Shown piece after piece: positions 48,730 to 62,209 of a stretch of DNA of 64,000 nucleotides (positions within the stretch are counted from its first letter, which is position 1; every line of letters begins with the position of its first letter). Under the pieces are notes generated by a model that saw nothing but the letters and a program-made list of their open reading frames with translations, was not told the DNA's origin and made no database searches. Position numbers and translations under genes: made by a program. The stretch comes from Takakia lepidozioides (Eukaryota; Plantae; Bryophyta). The DNA lies in assembly GCA_030704615.1 (NCBI GenBank), contig CM060733.1:38564001-38628000 (forward strand), in the 5' to 3' direction.

Positions 48730-51700
48730 CTACTCGTTCCACGCATGAGCAAAAATGGGGCCAGAGCCCATGTGGCCCCCTACACTGAGGTTGGGTCTCC
48801 CTGACAGTGATTGAACAGTTGAACCCCCAATCCATGAAGACAAGGGGTTGTTGTCATAACTGTTCATCTTCACTGCAAGCGGTGTAGGAGATAGATACAG
48901 AATGTTGCGGGACAGATCTCCTTGCAAAACACTCTCATAGGCTGTGCTCTTGGAGCTTGCCTCCTCGCTCTCTCCAACGGAGTTCTTGGGGCTCTCCACC
49001 ACGCCACCTCTGTCACTGCCCTGATAACCGGAATTGCTGATCCCCCGGTCACTGCTCTGGTACTGCGGACTGCTAATGGGTCGATCACTACCCTGGTAGC
49101 CAGCAGTGCTCATAGCGCGCTCATTGCCCCGATACCCAGAGGTGCTCATCATGCTGCCAGAGCTAGGCAGCCCATGTCCCATGAGTCCCTGGTTGGCTGA
49201 GCAAGAGCTGTCCCCTGCAGCACCATCTGCAGGCAGGGCCTCCAATCCCATCAGATTGCGCAACAACATCCCATTGGTAGCTGTGCTTCCTGCCTGCAGA
49301 AACTTAGTCTGCCCTGATGGCGCTCTCATGGGATCTCCGAAAGTCAGGTGCCCTCTGGCAGCAGCCTCATGCTGGCCTGAGTCCTGCCCAGCTGCAGAGC
49401 CCCAAGCACGTTGCTGTTGTTGCTGTGCTTGTTGCTGGTAGAGCATTTGCCACTCGTGTAAGTTTTTAGAGAGACCACCGTGACCTGAAAGGCCCTCAGT
49501 GGTCAATTGGCTGCCCGGGGTCCCTGTATGCAAGCTGGACGTCTGGTTCTCATCATCTGATTGGCGATGAGTTCCAGCATCCACAGTCGGGGTGACAGAT
49601 AGTTCTACTTCTTTTATTTGCTTGAGAGAGTCCTGGCTATTATGGTGGCCATTGACGGCAGCTGCCTGGATCCTCTGAGCATCGTAACGTGATATGTCGA
49701 AGTTGGTCACAGCATTAATTCCCCGGAACTTAATTGCTGCAATATCGTATGCTTCTGCTGCTTCTTCTTGTGTACCTGGGTGGAAGCATAAAACAAGTTG
49801 GTATAGTCCATTACAAAAACAGCGTGACAAGACCAGACGCTATCAACTCATTCGCACATACAACTCCAAGTACCGTTCATTCATTCTCTAACTAGCTCTC
49901 GCGTAGGTAGGTTGCTCCTCAGTTCTCAGCTCTCTCGTCACCAAGAACTCCAGGAGAGAGACAGACACGATACAGACCACTTTGGGGTGATTATGGACTG
50001 TCAATCGGATGATTTGTTTTTGCACAGCTCACTAACATTATGCTGAAATTTGAATTGTGCACGAACCCATCTCACCCATCGCTCCTTCCCAAAAAAACGT
50101 ATTTCTTTAACACTAGAAGGGGGGGCAAGTCCAAAATCAGCCGTTCCATTCTAGAACGAGCTCATTTCAACCTGAAAAAAGGGTTCATACTTTATCTGCC
50201 CAATGGCTGGAGGCCCACGAGCTACTACTCGAGACGTGTAGTTGAAGAATTATACTGTAGGACTCGACCTTAAATATCTTCAGGAGTGACGAGTAAACTA
50301 CAGTCACATAAATACTGAAACCAGTTAACTGGAGCTAATTTGAGTTGGAGTACACTAAACTAACCAATCTCAGGAAAACCAGCACCTAATCTTCGAGTTT
50401 GGTGGGGTGGAATCATGCATCTGAGTAGGCAAGTTTGGTCATCAGCCCAGACAACTTACTAACTCAACTAATCGATCTACCGGAACACTGAGAATTGTGA
50501 ATAGAAATCGGAGACTCACTGTAGGTGCCGAGATACAGGTCTTTGTTGCCTGCCACTCGGCCAATGCGGGCCTGCCACCTGCCGTGCTGGTGATGGCGAG
50601 TTACTCCCCGGTATACTGATGCCCCTCTCGAGAACCCACTACTTTTCCTGCATCAACACATTCATTTCTCGATAAACATCAATTCATCTCAAACAAGAAA
50701 GCACCCACGCATCTTCGATCCTCGACAGCCCATACGACTTGGATCACGCTTGAATGTTGAAGTCGAAGCTACATCTCAAGATCAAAAATCATAGATACCA
50801 GAAGATACTACCTACCGACCACGGTACCTGGCACGAGTTACTTGTGCAGCCTCACTGAATACTGTTCTTAGTCTTTGTTTCAAGGCGTGCAACTTCCTGA
50901 AACTCTGGCGTTAACTCCTTCAGTTTCGAACAGCACATGAACTTGAGATAGCACCCAAGGTTCAGAAAGCTGGTGCGATCTACAAGTTTCATTACTCAAT
51001 TGAAACAACTTGGAAGCAAGTGGACAGCATTGTGAGCAAACCTGCGCAGAGACGCCACATATTCTTGCCGCGACATATTCTTCATCTCTTCGAGTTCCGT
51101 CTCATATGCGCTCAACTGTTGCAAGCCGTGAACTCTGGCTCAATCAGCACTAGTCTTGCCCCCAAGGTAGGAAAGGGGATAGAAATTTTACTCGCTAAAC
51201 TGGGATCCAGGTACGAATTGCATATACGCTATCCACGTTCAACCAGGTGTTGCATTAGAGAGAAAGGAGCTGTTCTTTAAAAAAGACGAGAGACACTGGG
51301 AGAAGAGAATACGCACTGGAAAGTTAATGGTGGTGCTGGCACCCCAGTATTTCAGAGCCGCCAAGTCATAAGCTTTGGCTGCTTTCTCCTCCTTGTCGTA
51401 CCCTCCTGTATACAGACGTGTAACGAATCTGGTAAGGGCCGGAACTAAGAGAAGAAGCACAGAACGGAAGCACTAGATCACGTGGGCTTCAAACCTAGAC
51501 GATCCTTCAAGGGACCAAAACTCTCTGATGCGATGGGAGGGAACTTCCAGGTTACATGTATACATGAAACGCAGTTGTCTTGAGTTCAACATCTGGATTT
51601 GGCACTAGATAAGAGCATAACGACTACCATCGTGAGAAGTTTGAGAGGGTCACGCACCTAAGTAAACTGTAGACATTCGTTGAGGGATGTCCGGCAACCG

Positions 51701-53581
51701 CACCACACGCCCCACCCATCATGAACATACCGAGCAAGACCATCATCAGCATCTCCAGAACACTGTTCTAAACTTGAGACATTAAGCCTGTGTAGAAAAC
51801 TTAGAAGGCCGTGCAAGCACATGAGTGACTTGACAACCTGTCAACAAGGTAACAATTTCCCCACGCTCCTCACCATAAACATTGCAGCAACATCAACTGA
51901 ACAGTTGGAACTTGGGTCGAAGGTACCTTGTCGGCCTTTACGAGTCTGCCCCTCTTTCCTACAGCTGTTATCCCACAGATGTGCCTCATACCGCCCTGTC
52001 CACCGATGCCTGAACAAAATAGACCGTTCAACAGCAACCACTTATCAACAGTCGATCTTCCCTGCTTCTCTTCAGGGTACAATTGATACTCCGGGGGGGT
52101 TGGGGAGAGGGGAAAGCAAGAAGCAAGAAGGATCTTTGAAGGAGAAGCGAAAAACCAATGAGCTTCTCAGGGGATGGAGCAGAGAAGATGAAGGGTACGA
52201 GCGCAAATCTAATACCTCCGTGCAATCAGACTCGAAAGCAGGATTTTCCTAACGAATATGCTGGCTTACCTAGTTACGCCTCTGTACACTGAAGTTCTCT
52301 GACCAAAAGTATCAATTGACTTCCGGGGGGAAGGCTCCTTGCTTCCCGACCGCCCCGCACCCCGCTTCCGGGGTTCTGGAGCTGGGGGACTTTCCGCATT
52401 CACCATCTGGCCAATTCCATGGGCTGGTGGGGTGACGCTTGACTGGTGCGACCCAGCACTCATTGAAAGTGATAGCGGCTGTAGGTTGGCGAGCGCATTC
52501 AAACCACTTCTCGCAGTGAGGCCACCTGCTTTTTCAGCATGCTGGCACTGCTGAAGCCAAGTCTTCAAACCCGAGGGGTTCCCGAAGCCATTACTGATCC
52601 CATTGGTCCCTTGGGAGCCTTGAGGGAGCTGGAGGCTACAGTCCGAGAGCATCTCTGCAGTTCTAGATTGGTCTAGCGCTGCCTGCAACAGATTCTGGGC
52701 GTGAAGAGGGTGAGCTCCAGCGAGAAGGTTGCTCTCCTGCAGCTCAGCCTGCGCCCTTGCATGCGGGTGATCATAAGCATGATGACTTGAAAGGCTTGAT
52801 TGATCCGTCACCGCTCCATATGCCACATGGAACGAGGGAGGAACATCTCTAAGTGAGCCTCCTGATTGCGAGTATGGCAAGTTGACATTGATACGAGACT
52901 GATTCTCTCGAGTGAAGTTAGAGGCAGCATGACCCGCATTATAGTAGAGGCTCTCCAAATGCGGTTGCTGAGAATCGCGGTCCGAGTACTGTCCACCAAG
53001 GGATGCACCCCCAAGAAAATCCTCCAGCTTCGGACCATCCCTAGTTTCACCAGAGTTCGCCTGCCCCATATCATAATGAGGCCCAGACATCTGCTGGTCA
53101 CCTGTGCCTCCATTTCCAGCCAGCCTCGAGAGCTGGTCCGCAGTCAAGAGGTGTTGGGATTGCACATCCCCATCCGACCGAGGTTTGAGCTGCCAGGGAT
53201 CCACAGCAGAACGAAATACACACAGAAAGGCGCCATCCATCGCTACACTAGACACCACAATCAACTAGATATGAGTTCACTGACCGCGGAAACGACAGCA
53301 AGGGGGAGATAGACAGATAGAAGGCCATAAAACACAAGGCACGAGTGCAACAGGCGGCAAGATACTACTTGTGCTGAAGATGTCAAGAGACGACAGAGGT
53401 CAGCAGGCAGAGCGCGAGAAAGAGAAGAGTATTGCCGACCCTCTAGTTTTAAACTCTTCCATGACTCCTTGCCCACAGCGCAATGAGTAGAGAGAGACGA
53501 GGCATCATGAGGTGAGAGAGACAGAGAGAAAGATAGCGAGCCAGCGGCCTGCCCGTGCCGAGAAAACCTGTCGTCGCGCAT
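48730..53581 (-). CDS. ANT: euANT-clade double-AP2 transcription factor (AINTEGUMENTA/PLETHORA/BBM/APB-like)
   Basis: Exons 53581-53369 (tentative), 53189-52270, 52009-51927, 51666-51658, 51405-51317, 51115-51042, 50647-50520, 49775-48730. Motifs [73 protein letters not shown] and [35 protein letters not shown]. The symbol denotes the clade, not strict orthology. Confidence 0.95.
51658..51666 (-). other. 9-nt microexon encoding V-Y-L of AP2 domain 1
   Basis: ctacag|TTTACTTAG|gtgcgt on the - strand; needed to give GRQ-VYL-GGYD. Confidence 0.93.
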
Positions 53582-54274
53582 AAATTATTTTGTGCCAGCA
53601 TCTGCCCGCGCGCTCGTGGACTGCTGCCCGGACCCCTGGTCACTTTCTAACCAGCGCCCCCAGTTTCGCCACCCGCGCCCCAGCTGGCGAAACCAGTGCC
53701 ACCAGACCGTATGCACACCGTACCTACTCCGTACCGGCCCGTGTACGTAGTGTATGCGTGCGGCCGGCGACTGGGTCCGCCGGATCCAGCGTGGCGACCG
53801 GCGGTCGGGGAACATTGAAGCGAATTCGGGCAAATTGAATGATAACGGTGCCGCGCCTGGTCGGAATCCGTGCCACAGTTCCCGTCCACAGTTCCCCGTA
53901 TCGCCAACCACCTCCGGAGGTTTCGCCGAACGGGGTTAGGAGCTAATCTGAGATGGGTTAAGTTGTTTAGCGTCCGACCAAAGCCGCTAACTGTGGCCAT
54001 GCATTCCGTTTTGACCCCAGCCCTTTCCTGACCATTGGACGTTATCATTTATCATCAATACTGTTCATTCTTTCATTTATTCATCTTCGAACTCACCAAC
54101 AATTGCGCGCTCGAGTCCAAGACATCTGATTTTATTTCGCTTCGCACACTTATGCTAACACGATTGTTGTCGGATTTGTGGAAATGTCGGGAGAGTCCAA
54201 AGGAAAGCCGCATATCGTTCCTTAAGGGATGCGTCAACGATTGCAATGACCCCGTCAACGACAACATTCTCGAA

Positions 54275-54395
54275 CAATTAGCGATGCAAGCGACAACAAC
54301 TTATACGCACCAATGAACGAATGCAAATTAGCGATCACACACAGCCCGCAAGCGACAACGTCTTATCCGCACCCATGAACAAATGCAAATTAGCC
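54275..54395. repeat. Imperfect tandem duplication (~55-65 bp)
   Basis: gcaagcgacaac..cttat.cgcacc.atgaac.aatgcaaattagc, two copies. Confidence 0.8.
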
Positions 54396-56315
54396 CGAAT
54401 GTGACAACTTCCCGTTTGGCACCCATGTTTGAATGAAAATTTGCAACCCTGATGCAACAACTTAGCGGTGTTGTCCAGACTCATCAGTCACTCGCCAAAA
54501 TACAAAATAGACAAAAGAACAAATATTGCAAATATTGCAAAATGAGCGTGGGTGGTAGAAAGGGGTGAAAATAAGTTATCCAGGCTGAATAAATATTATA
54601 GTGGTATAATAAGTGGGTTAGGTGGGTGATGGGCCGTCGCTTTGGTGGGGCCTTGTCATCACAATCTAGCGCCACCGCTGCCATTCCCACTTTTCATCCG
54701 TCGCTGTCCACACCAGTCTAGAGCCTGCAGGTCGCGGATGGACTCTGTGCATCCACCCGAATATAGCGCGACAGGAATCATAAACGGGGTAAGCGCACGT
54801 GTTGGACGGAGGGCGCGGCCGTGCGGCATCTCTTGCCCTCCTGCGCCGTCGGTCAAAGCCACGCCGCCGTCGCCGCCTTGATGGCCGCGCGCCTGCCGCG
54901 GCGATGGCCGTCGATGGCCCAACGACGGCCCATGGCCCGCACTTTTATTATTACTTTTCCGTCCTCTTGCGAAATTCGGAGCGTGGTTATTTTCCGAAGT
55001 GAAATATTCTGTGAGAAGGAAATTGCGATATGTAATAAAGTGCGCAAGTACAGAGCCGGTCAGCGCACGCGCGCGGTTTTATTAATTATTTCGCAGATAT
55101 TATTTGCCTGCACCGCAGCTGCCTTTACCATCACATCCCCCCATTGGCTGCCCACTTTTCCTTTTCTCTTTATTATTTTCTCTTTATTATTTTGGGCACG
55201 GCACGACCCTTTTTTCCCCCCAAATAAGTTGAAGCACTGCGGTTAAACAATCATATGACAGTTGATGAATGAAAAGAGGCAGACGGATGAATGGGAGTGG
55301 CAGGGGTTGACCGAGTCGTGAGGGAAGGGACTAGAAAATAGCGTGACTGACGCCTGTCCAGTTTCTACCATTTACTAGCTCGTCTTTCACTTCCGCCACA
55401 CGACAATTTCAACTGCGAAATGGGCGTGGAACAAGAAAGGGCAAGCCCAAACAGATTCCGCCTCTCTCAGGGCAGGAAAATCCGCTTCCGGTCAATGGAA
55501 TTCATTTTCATTTGGTGGATGCCCGGGGCAGCCCAGCCCGCAGCTTGCATTGTTCTTAATTAGGGTTTTGCTACAGCCCAAGCATAGTGGGGGACAGGCC
55601 CCCTATATAAAAATATATTCAGGCTCCCATGTAGATTTTGCAGATTTTGTTTCTGTCACTGTCATCAGAGTTTGAGAAAAGAAACATATTCTAAGTACTG
55701 GTCCTGCCTTCACTTGCTCTTTCATTTCTCATGCAGGGATTGTACCACACTTGTTCATTCATTCTTACAACCTCTGATGGAAACCAGGAGAGGTGAGAAT
55801 TGTTCCCACGTACCTCTGGACTCTGGACGGGGGGGGGGCGGGGGAAACGAGATTTGGATGAAAAACGGATTGAGGGAAGGACTTTGGATGAAATCTAATT
55901 ACGGAACGGCAAACTCCCCCGTAAGGCGATAGAGAAGTGGATGAGGATGAATATAGTCGATGGCGCTGCCTTTATTGCACCCTGGCCCGTGCACGTGCTT
56001 CCCTTTATTTTTAGTCTTACATCTCGACGAATGAAGAAACGATGGATGTGAGATAAATCATTCATCCATGTCATACCGGGGCATATCCAAATATTAGGGT
56101 TACGTAACATAGAAAGTAGCGAACGTTGGGTTTGGTGGTTTATTAAGGCACAAAGCCCAACATTTGTAACCATCATTTTGTCTGTTCATGTTTTGCATAC
56201 TACCAGATCCGCAACCCAAACAGGAAATTTAGATGGTTTTGTCAACACATGTCAGATGATAATCATTTTGGGGCAAACAAGGTAATTTTATCAATGAATC
56301 CTGCAACCTCGCACT

Positions 56316-56620
56316 TTAGTTCTCAATAATATTAACAATGTTCCCTTCTCCAACCCGTGATTCAATATCGACACCAACCCAGGCGGAAAAGCCACCAAAG
56401 GTACTAAAACTACACCGGACGGAAAATGCATGTAAAAATGCTGGTTTGGTTTTGACACGTTAGTTCTCAATAATATTAACAATGTTCCCTTCTCCAACCC
56501 GTGATTCAACGTAAAAGGGACACCGACCAATGCGTAACCGTCCCGCCTTTAAAGTTTGCGAAAAGCCCGCCAAGGTACGAAATCCACACCGGACGAAAAA
56601 TACGTATAAAAAATGGTGGG
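56316..56620. repeat. Tandem duplication with an identical 50-bp head (56316-56365 = 56460-56509) and diverged tails
   Basis: ttagttctcaataatattaacaatgttcccttctccaacccgtgattcaa occurs twice, each followed by a related aaaagcc..aaggtac..acaccggacg.aaaat block. Confidence 0.9.
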
Positions 56621-57970
56621 CGTGTTGGGCTTTCAGCCAACATTTGAGGCATGCAAATGCCGAGGCAGGGCCAGGCTTTCGTAGTTCATTCATCCAACAT
56701 GCAGCCTATTACGTATATTTCGTGAAAAAGAACTATACGCCAAGCGCCACGCGGAATCTGGTGACTGCGCGGTCGGGCTTTAGGGTGACATCCGGTGCCC
56801 CGTTAGGTGGTTCCCGGGACCCGGCATGTGGGCAGGGGGCCCTTGGCCGGGCGGGGCGGAACCCGAAACCGGATGTTGAAACCGCGGTGGTAGGGCGGTC
56901 GACCAGAGCGAGGACCGCCGACCGCGCGGTGAGAGAGCGAGCGCGGTCATACGGTCCGTCACAAATCCCCAAAACCGCGCGGGTGGACTGCATAGTCAAC
57001 ACGCATATTCCGTCCGTGCCGCTCAGCTGCCCTTTTCAGCCTGCCCATCAGGTTTTCTCCTGCTGCCCAGATACTGGCCCTGCCACCTGTCAGTCGCAGA
57101 AGATCTTCACAATCCTGCCCTGACCTGGGTTTTGTGAGTTTAATTATATTGCGGGGGTGGCAGGATTTGACAGAGAGATCCTCAAATTTTCGTGGAAGTG
57201 TGCGCCGCTTTGGCATCTGAGGGGCATTATGAGGCCTCTCTGACCCCATTACTCGCTCTCCGTTTAATACTCTCGCTGCAGGGAAGCATTCATGAGCGAC
57301 CTCTGCTGGTCTGCTCTTCAACTTGAAAGTTTCAAGTTGATGAGCAACCCTGATAAGGTGCTGCCATCGCTTTGGTGTTGGTGAAGAGAGAAAGAGAGGG
57401 AGAGAGTGGATCATAACTTAACTTAACTTACCGATTGTCGGTTCATTTGGAGGGAGTGGGAGTGTGGGGGCTGTGTAGTGGATCCTTTGTGAACGGTGGT
57501 TGGCCAGTATACTTAGGAAATGCTGTGGTGATTCTGGTGCTTTGACCCACCTGACTAATTCACGAATTGGCTAACAAAACTGTATAACTGGGCCCTCTTC
57601 GGGGAACTAAATAAGGTGGGTTTAGTGGGACCGGGAAGAAGTTCATGTGGGAGTCATGTGGAGGCCCCACACCGCCGCCCCAGCTTCCGGTGCCGGAGAG
57701 CGTCAGATTAGACTTGTATTGCGCCTATTTATATTGGCCTTTAACTAATCTGCTGACACTGGTTTTGCTGACCCATTCTCACTCTTGTTGCACTGTCGCT
57801 TCTTGGACCATTTGCTCATTTACTGTGGGGGAGACAAAGACGCAAATGTTTGCTCCTCTTCTCTTGTTCATGCTCTACCTAGTATTGGCTCCTTCACATG
57901 CCTGTCCCAACGAGTCCTCGCAGCAAACTTGTCTAGCCTATTCAATGGTTTCCAAATTTGTCCCATAACT

Positions 57971-58410
57971 CTGCTCAGATCCTGAAATTCTCATGCTATT
58001 TTTTTCGTATTCAATGTTTTCTCGATTTGTCACTTCTTCTGCTCAGATCCTAGAATTCTCATGCTATTTTATTTTTAGCATTCACTCCAGACCCAATTCC
58101 AATCTTAGTTCTCATTTACTGCAGGTCCAACTCCTACTCCTTTCGCCCATTGGCTGCAGGACCACTTCTCGCCCAACTTGCCCAGTCAATGCAGCCCCGA
58201 ATCGCAGTCTTTTCTCTTTTAATAGACCATATACTGCAGACCCCATTCCCATTCCAAAGCTCATTTACTGCAGGTGCAATTGTAACTCCTCCTTCCTCAC
58301 ATTCGCTTCAGGCCTAAATTCTCTCATCACTCGACTACATACTTAATAATACATGAATAGTTCCTCCTCCATCACTCCAAGACCTCTTTCTCCGCTCATT
58401 TACTGCAGGA
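57971..58410 (+). repeat. Short dispersed direct repeats (CTGCTCAGATCCT..AATTCTCATGCTATTTT x2; CTCATTTACTGCAGG x3)
   Basis: Copies at 57971 and 58039; 58111, 58260 and 58396. Confidence 0.85.
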
Positions 58411-61400
58411 GCAAGGTGACACAATTAACCTGTCGTGGAGGCGGCAGCAGCAGGCTCGTGGAGTTACATTCGCGGCAGCAGTTACCCAGGGTGAAGATAG
58501 ACGCACTCAAATATGCTGCTGTCCTTTTCGGCAACTTGGATTTCCGTGCACAATACAAGAGCTAGATCCAGTGAAGTTACCACTTGCTTTACCAGATGCC
58601 CTTCTCCTCGCAGGCATTGGTGGCACTGTCTGGCATCTCTTACCACGGCTTATTCAATGCGTGGAACAAGCAAAGAATCCTACTATTTACTCCGGCGGGA
58701 CACCCGCTCGCCCCATTACTCATCACTCAACCTGCCTCCTCCTCTCTCCTCTCTCGCATCACCCCGCGGGGCCACGGACCTCACCCCCGTATTTCTACGG
58801 AATTCTGTCGGGAATGTAATCGGCACACTTCCCGGTATTTCACCCGTGTTCTCGCGACTCAAACCGTATGTATCAGGTATTCTGTACTCTACTGTACCAC
58901 GTGTCGAGAACCTGATCCAACCCATGTCAAGCTCTCTCACAAATGGGAAGCCGCCAGATGTCACAGCCGCGAAGCCGCATTGAAAAGGTCGCCCCCGGCT
59001 TGGCCGTTAGAAAGTGCAAAATACATTGTAATATACTAATAAAGCAGAATAAAACCAAAATTAAAAATTAAAATAAAATGATAAGTGGTGATCAAGCAAG
59101 TTATTAGGGCACAGCGGGCAAAGGCTCGTTGAGTGGGTCAAACGTGGGACCATTTACGCGCACTGATGTGCACGAGGGGCGGTGATAGGGCCCATACCTA
59201 CTTTATTCCTCCATCCTGCGGCCCACATGCGCCGACTCGAGCATCGGACGGCCCTGCTGCGCGGCCACGTAAAATGAATGCATGAATGGATTTGGACGCT
59301 TTTCGATCCGCCCCCGCCTAACTGTAACCGTAACCGTAAACCGTGACCATAACCGCCGGTTAGCGACGTGAGGCCGGGTAAGAATGCATGGCATGTTGGC
59401 TTTGGGATTCCCAAACTGGCCCTCCCTCCCTCTCTCTTCTCTCATCACTCTTGGGCCTTGAGCCCTCTCTCCTTCTCTCCCTCTCCCAATCTTGGGCTTT
59501 GAGCCCTCCCTCCCTCTCCCTCCCTCTATTGGGCCCTGTGCCCACTTAGATCTGGCACCACCAAAGTCCCACACTTTCTTCAGAGTTTAGTGAAGGGAAT
59601 AGCAGGTGCTTGGAAGCGCATCTTCCTTCACAGCTCCCCACACACTCTGCTCATCATCGCTTCCCTTGCCCTGTGATTGCTTCATCATGGTTTTGCAAGG
59701 TCCATCCCACATAGGACAAGGGGGATGAATACTCTCCAGTATTGGATGACACTCGTTCATCTCCCGGGCTCTGTACAAACCGAAAATAGATTCCCCGAAT
59801 ATCCAATCATCTCCTTCATGACATTTCCAAGTTTTAGTGTGTAGGACTTGGGGAGGAGTGAGGGCGGTGTAGATTTTTGGCCGGTTGCGGGAGTTGAACG
59901 AAATCCGTTCGGTGTGGATGGTCGGTGTGAGCAGCCGGGCCACGCAAGTCTGAGTATCGACAAACAAAATCTCAGTAGGTGGAGCAAACAGAAATTGCTC
60001 CGTTGAGAGGTCGCCAATGCCCTAACAATTCCTGTCCCTGGGACCCTCGGAATTTCCCAAAGACTAAGGCCCCCACCCCACAACTTTATTCCTCCATCTT
60101 GACCCAGCTTCTCTCATCCATCCATCCATCCGTTTATCCAATCCAATCCATTCTAGTACTGTACCCTAAATCTGGGCTCCCAAACAAATGGTTACTGCCA
60201 GATGAATGTACAACTTTTATCATCCAGAAACTATAATACAGGGAAAAGAGAAGGGGGAGAAAGGACAAGAAGTCATAAAAGAAATTTGCCCAATAATGTG
60301 AAGGATAGTCAAAGGATAGGGCTTGACCGTAGGGGGTGAGTAAGCGTAGACCGGGATAGAGCGCATATAATAATGAGGAGGTGGCGGTCAGAAATAGTTA
60401 GGGTACCATCTCCCTACCCTACCGTCTCACCCCTTCGCTAATCCCAATAAAGCCCATCAATTTTTAATGCCCAAAAGCACAGGAATCTTCCATGCTTTTA
60501 ATACTCTAATCACCTCCACTACCTGGTCGCAAAACGGGATCTAGCCTCTATCCCCACGGATGATCTTCATGTATTCATCCATTCTTCATTGTTCATCCGT
60601 CTACATGTGAGACCAAACCGATCTCATCCCTGGCCAGATGGATGAGACAAATTGATGAGTGAAATAAGTGACAAGTGGGGCCCGAAATTTGTTGAGAAGA
60701 GTAGAAGTAAGTTGGGTTTGGGAAATGAGATGAAATCATCTGTTAGGGCACCCCCCAACGTGGCCTATATATATATATTTATATGGGGAGGCGAACGAAT
60801 GAATGGAGCGCAGTAATGCACGACAGAGGGCCCCATGGATGAACTGATTGGCCGCCCAATCATGCCGCCTTTTCCTTGTTCTATGAATGGATGAATGAAG
60901 TTAGGAAGGCGTTGTCGATAAAGCACGGATGAGCAGAGCAGACAGGCTGGACGGTCAACCGGCGCGGACGGTCGCCGCTTGGCAGGCGGCAGACTGACAG
61001 GAGCGGCGCGTTAAAGGCGGGTGGCCGCTTCATTTACTGCCGGGCCGCACGCGGCCAATGAGCGGCAGGCCGCGCGGTGACCGCTGCTGACGGCGCAGCG
61101 TCAAAAGCGCGCTTTCCACACCCGTGCCGCTAACGGCTGCCCTGCGATCGAGCTGTCAGCTCCCTCTCTCCCTCTCTTTCTTTTCAATTCTACCCTCCAA
61201 TTTGCGCTACAGTACCGCCATGGCTGTCTCCTCCACGTTGTAATGGCTGCAGAAGGTGCCAAACATGAGGGGATTTCGAGATGTATTATGATATATACTT
61301 GTCTCTCGAACAATCTGATGAGACGCGGCAAGCTTGAAGAGACTGTACAGCTATCTGACTTGTTCAGCTGCAGCCTACGCCTTGCAGGTTGTTGGGCCTT

Positions 61401-62209
61401 TGTAGATACCAGATGTACATTTGAAAGGTGGAGTTACAATCGTAGGTTGTGCAAGTCGTCTGTCTCTGAAGCACACTGCAAGCTGTACAACTTGATCAGC
61501 TGCATTCCTTGCTGCCGGTGCGCCTTTGCTAATGGAACCTACTACTATTGATTTTGCAACAGCAACTAGATGAAAGATCAGGGCCTTTTCGCTTTTGAAA
61601 ATGGAAGTCATAGTACCTACCAAGTACTTAGTCTCTCTCCTGCATGCTAAGAGACAAATACTGTAAAAGCTGTTCAGCTGCTTTCGAGGCCATGCTTCTG
61701 GCTCTGTGCTCCTGGCCATTGTTACTCTAGAGCACCTACCCTGTGGAGAAGAACGCCATATCGCTTTTCAAGTTGAAGTCCGTTGCAGGATTGAGGTCGT
61801 AGCTGAGCTTTACACCATACGAAGTCACATTGTACCCTCCAAAATCCCCTCTACAGCAAGCTGCGAGAGAGACGGTACAATATGCTGTTTTAGGTCAAAA
61901 TCTTTGTCCCCACTCGCCCTTCTAAGTTAATCTTCCATTTTCTTACCTGCCCTCGTCAGATTGAGCTCGTTTTCCAGACTGATGAGTCCCGAGTAAGTTG
62001 TTGATCTGAATTGTAGGTCATCGATTCGCTTGGAGGACGACAAAATCATTGGACCCACACCCCACCACCACCCAAGTGTGGGCGACTAAGATATATATAT
62101 AATAAAAGTCTCCTCATTGAATCTCAGTCTCACATATGATCCCGCTCGTGTTGAAATGCAAGTAAATTTGCAGGGTGGGATAACAGGATGATTCTCTGAG
62201 ATTGCGTGT

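Noticed and set aside
61243-61930. Harbinger/HARBI1-like nuclease relic (GCWAFVD resembles CWGFIDGT)
   Set aside because: Only one short motif; the downstream conserved motifs are not recoverable in any frame.
61978-62050. Hammerhead-ribozyme-like core CTGATGA-GTCC...GGAC-GAC
   Set aside because: The required GAAA is GACA, and I could not build stems I and III with a cleavage triplet in any topology.
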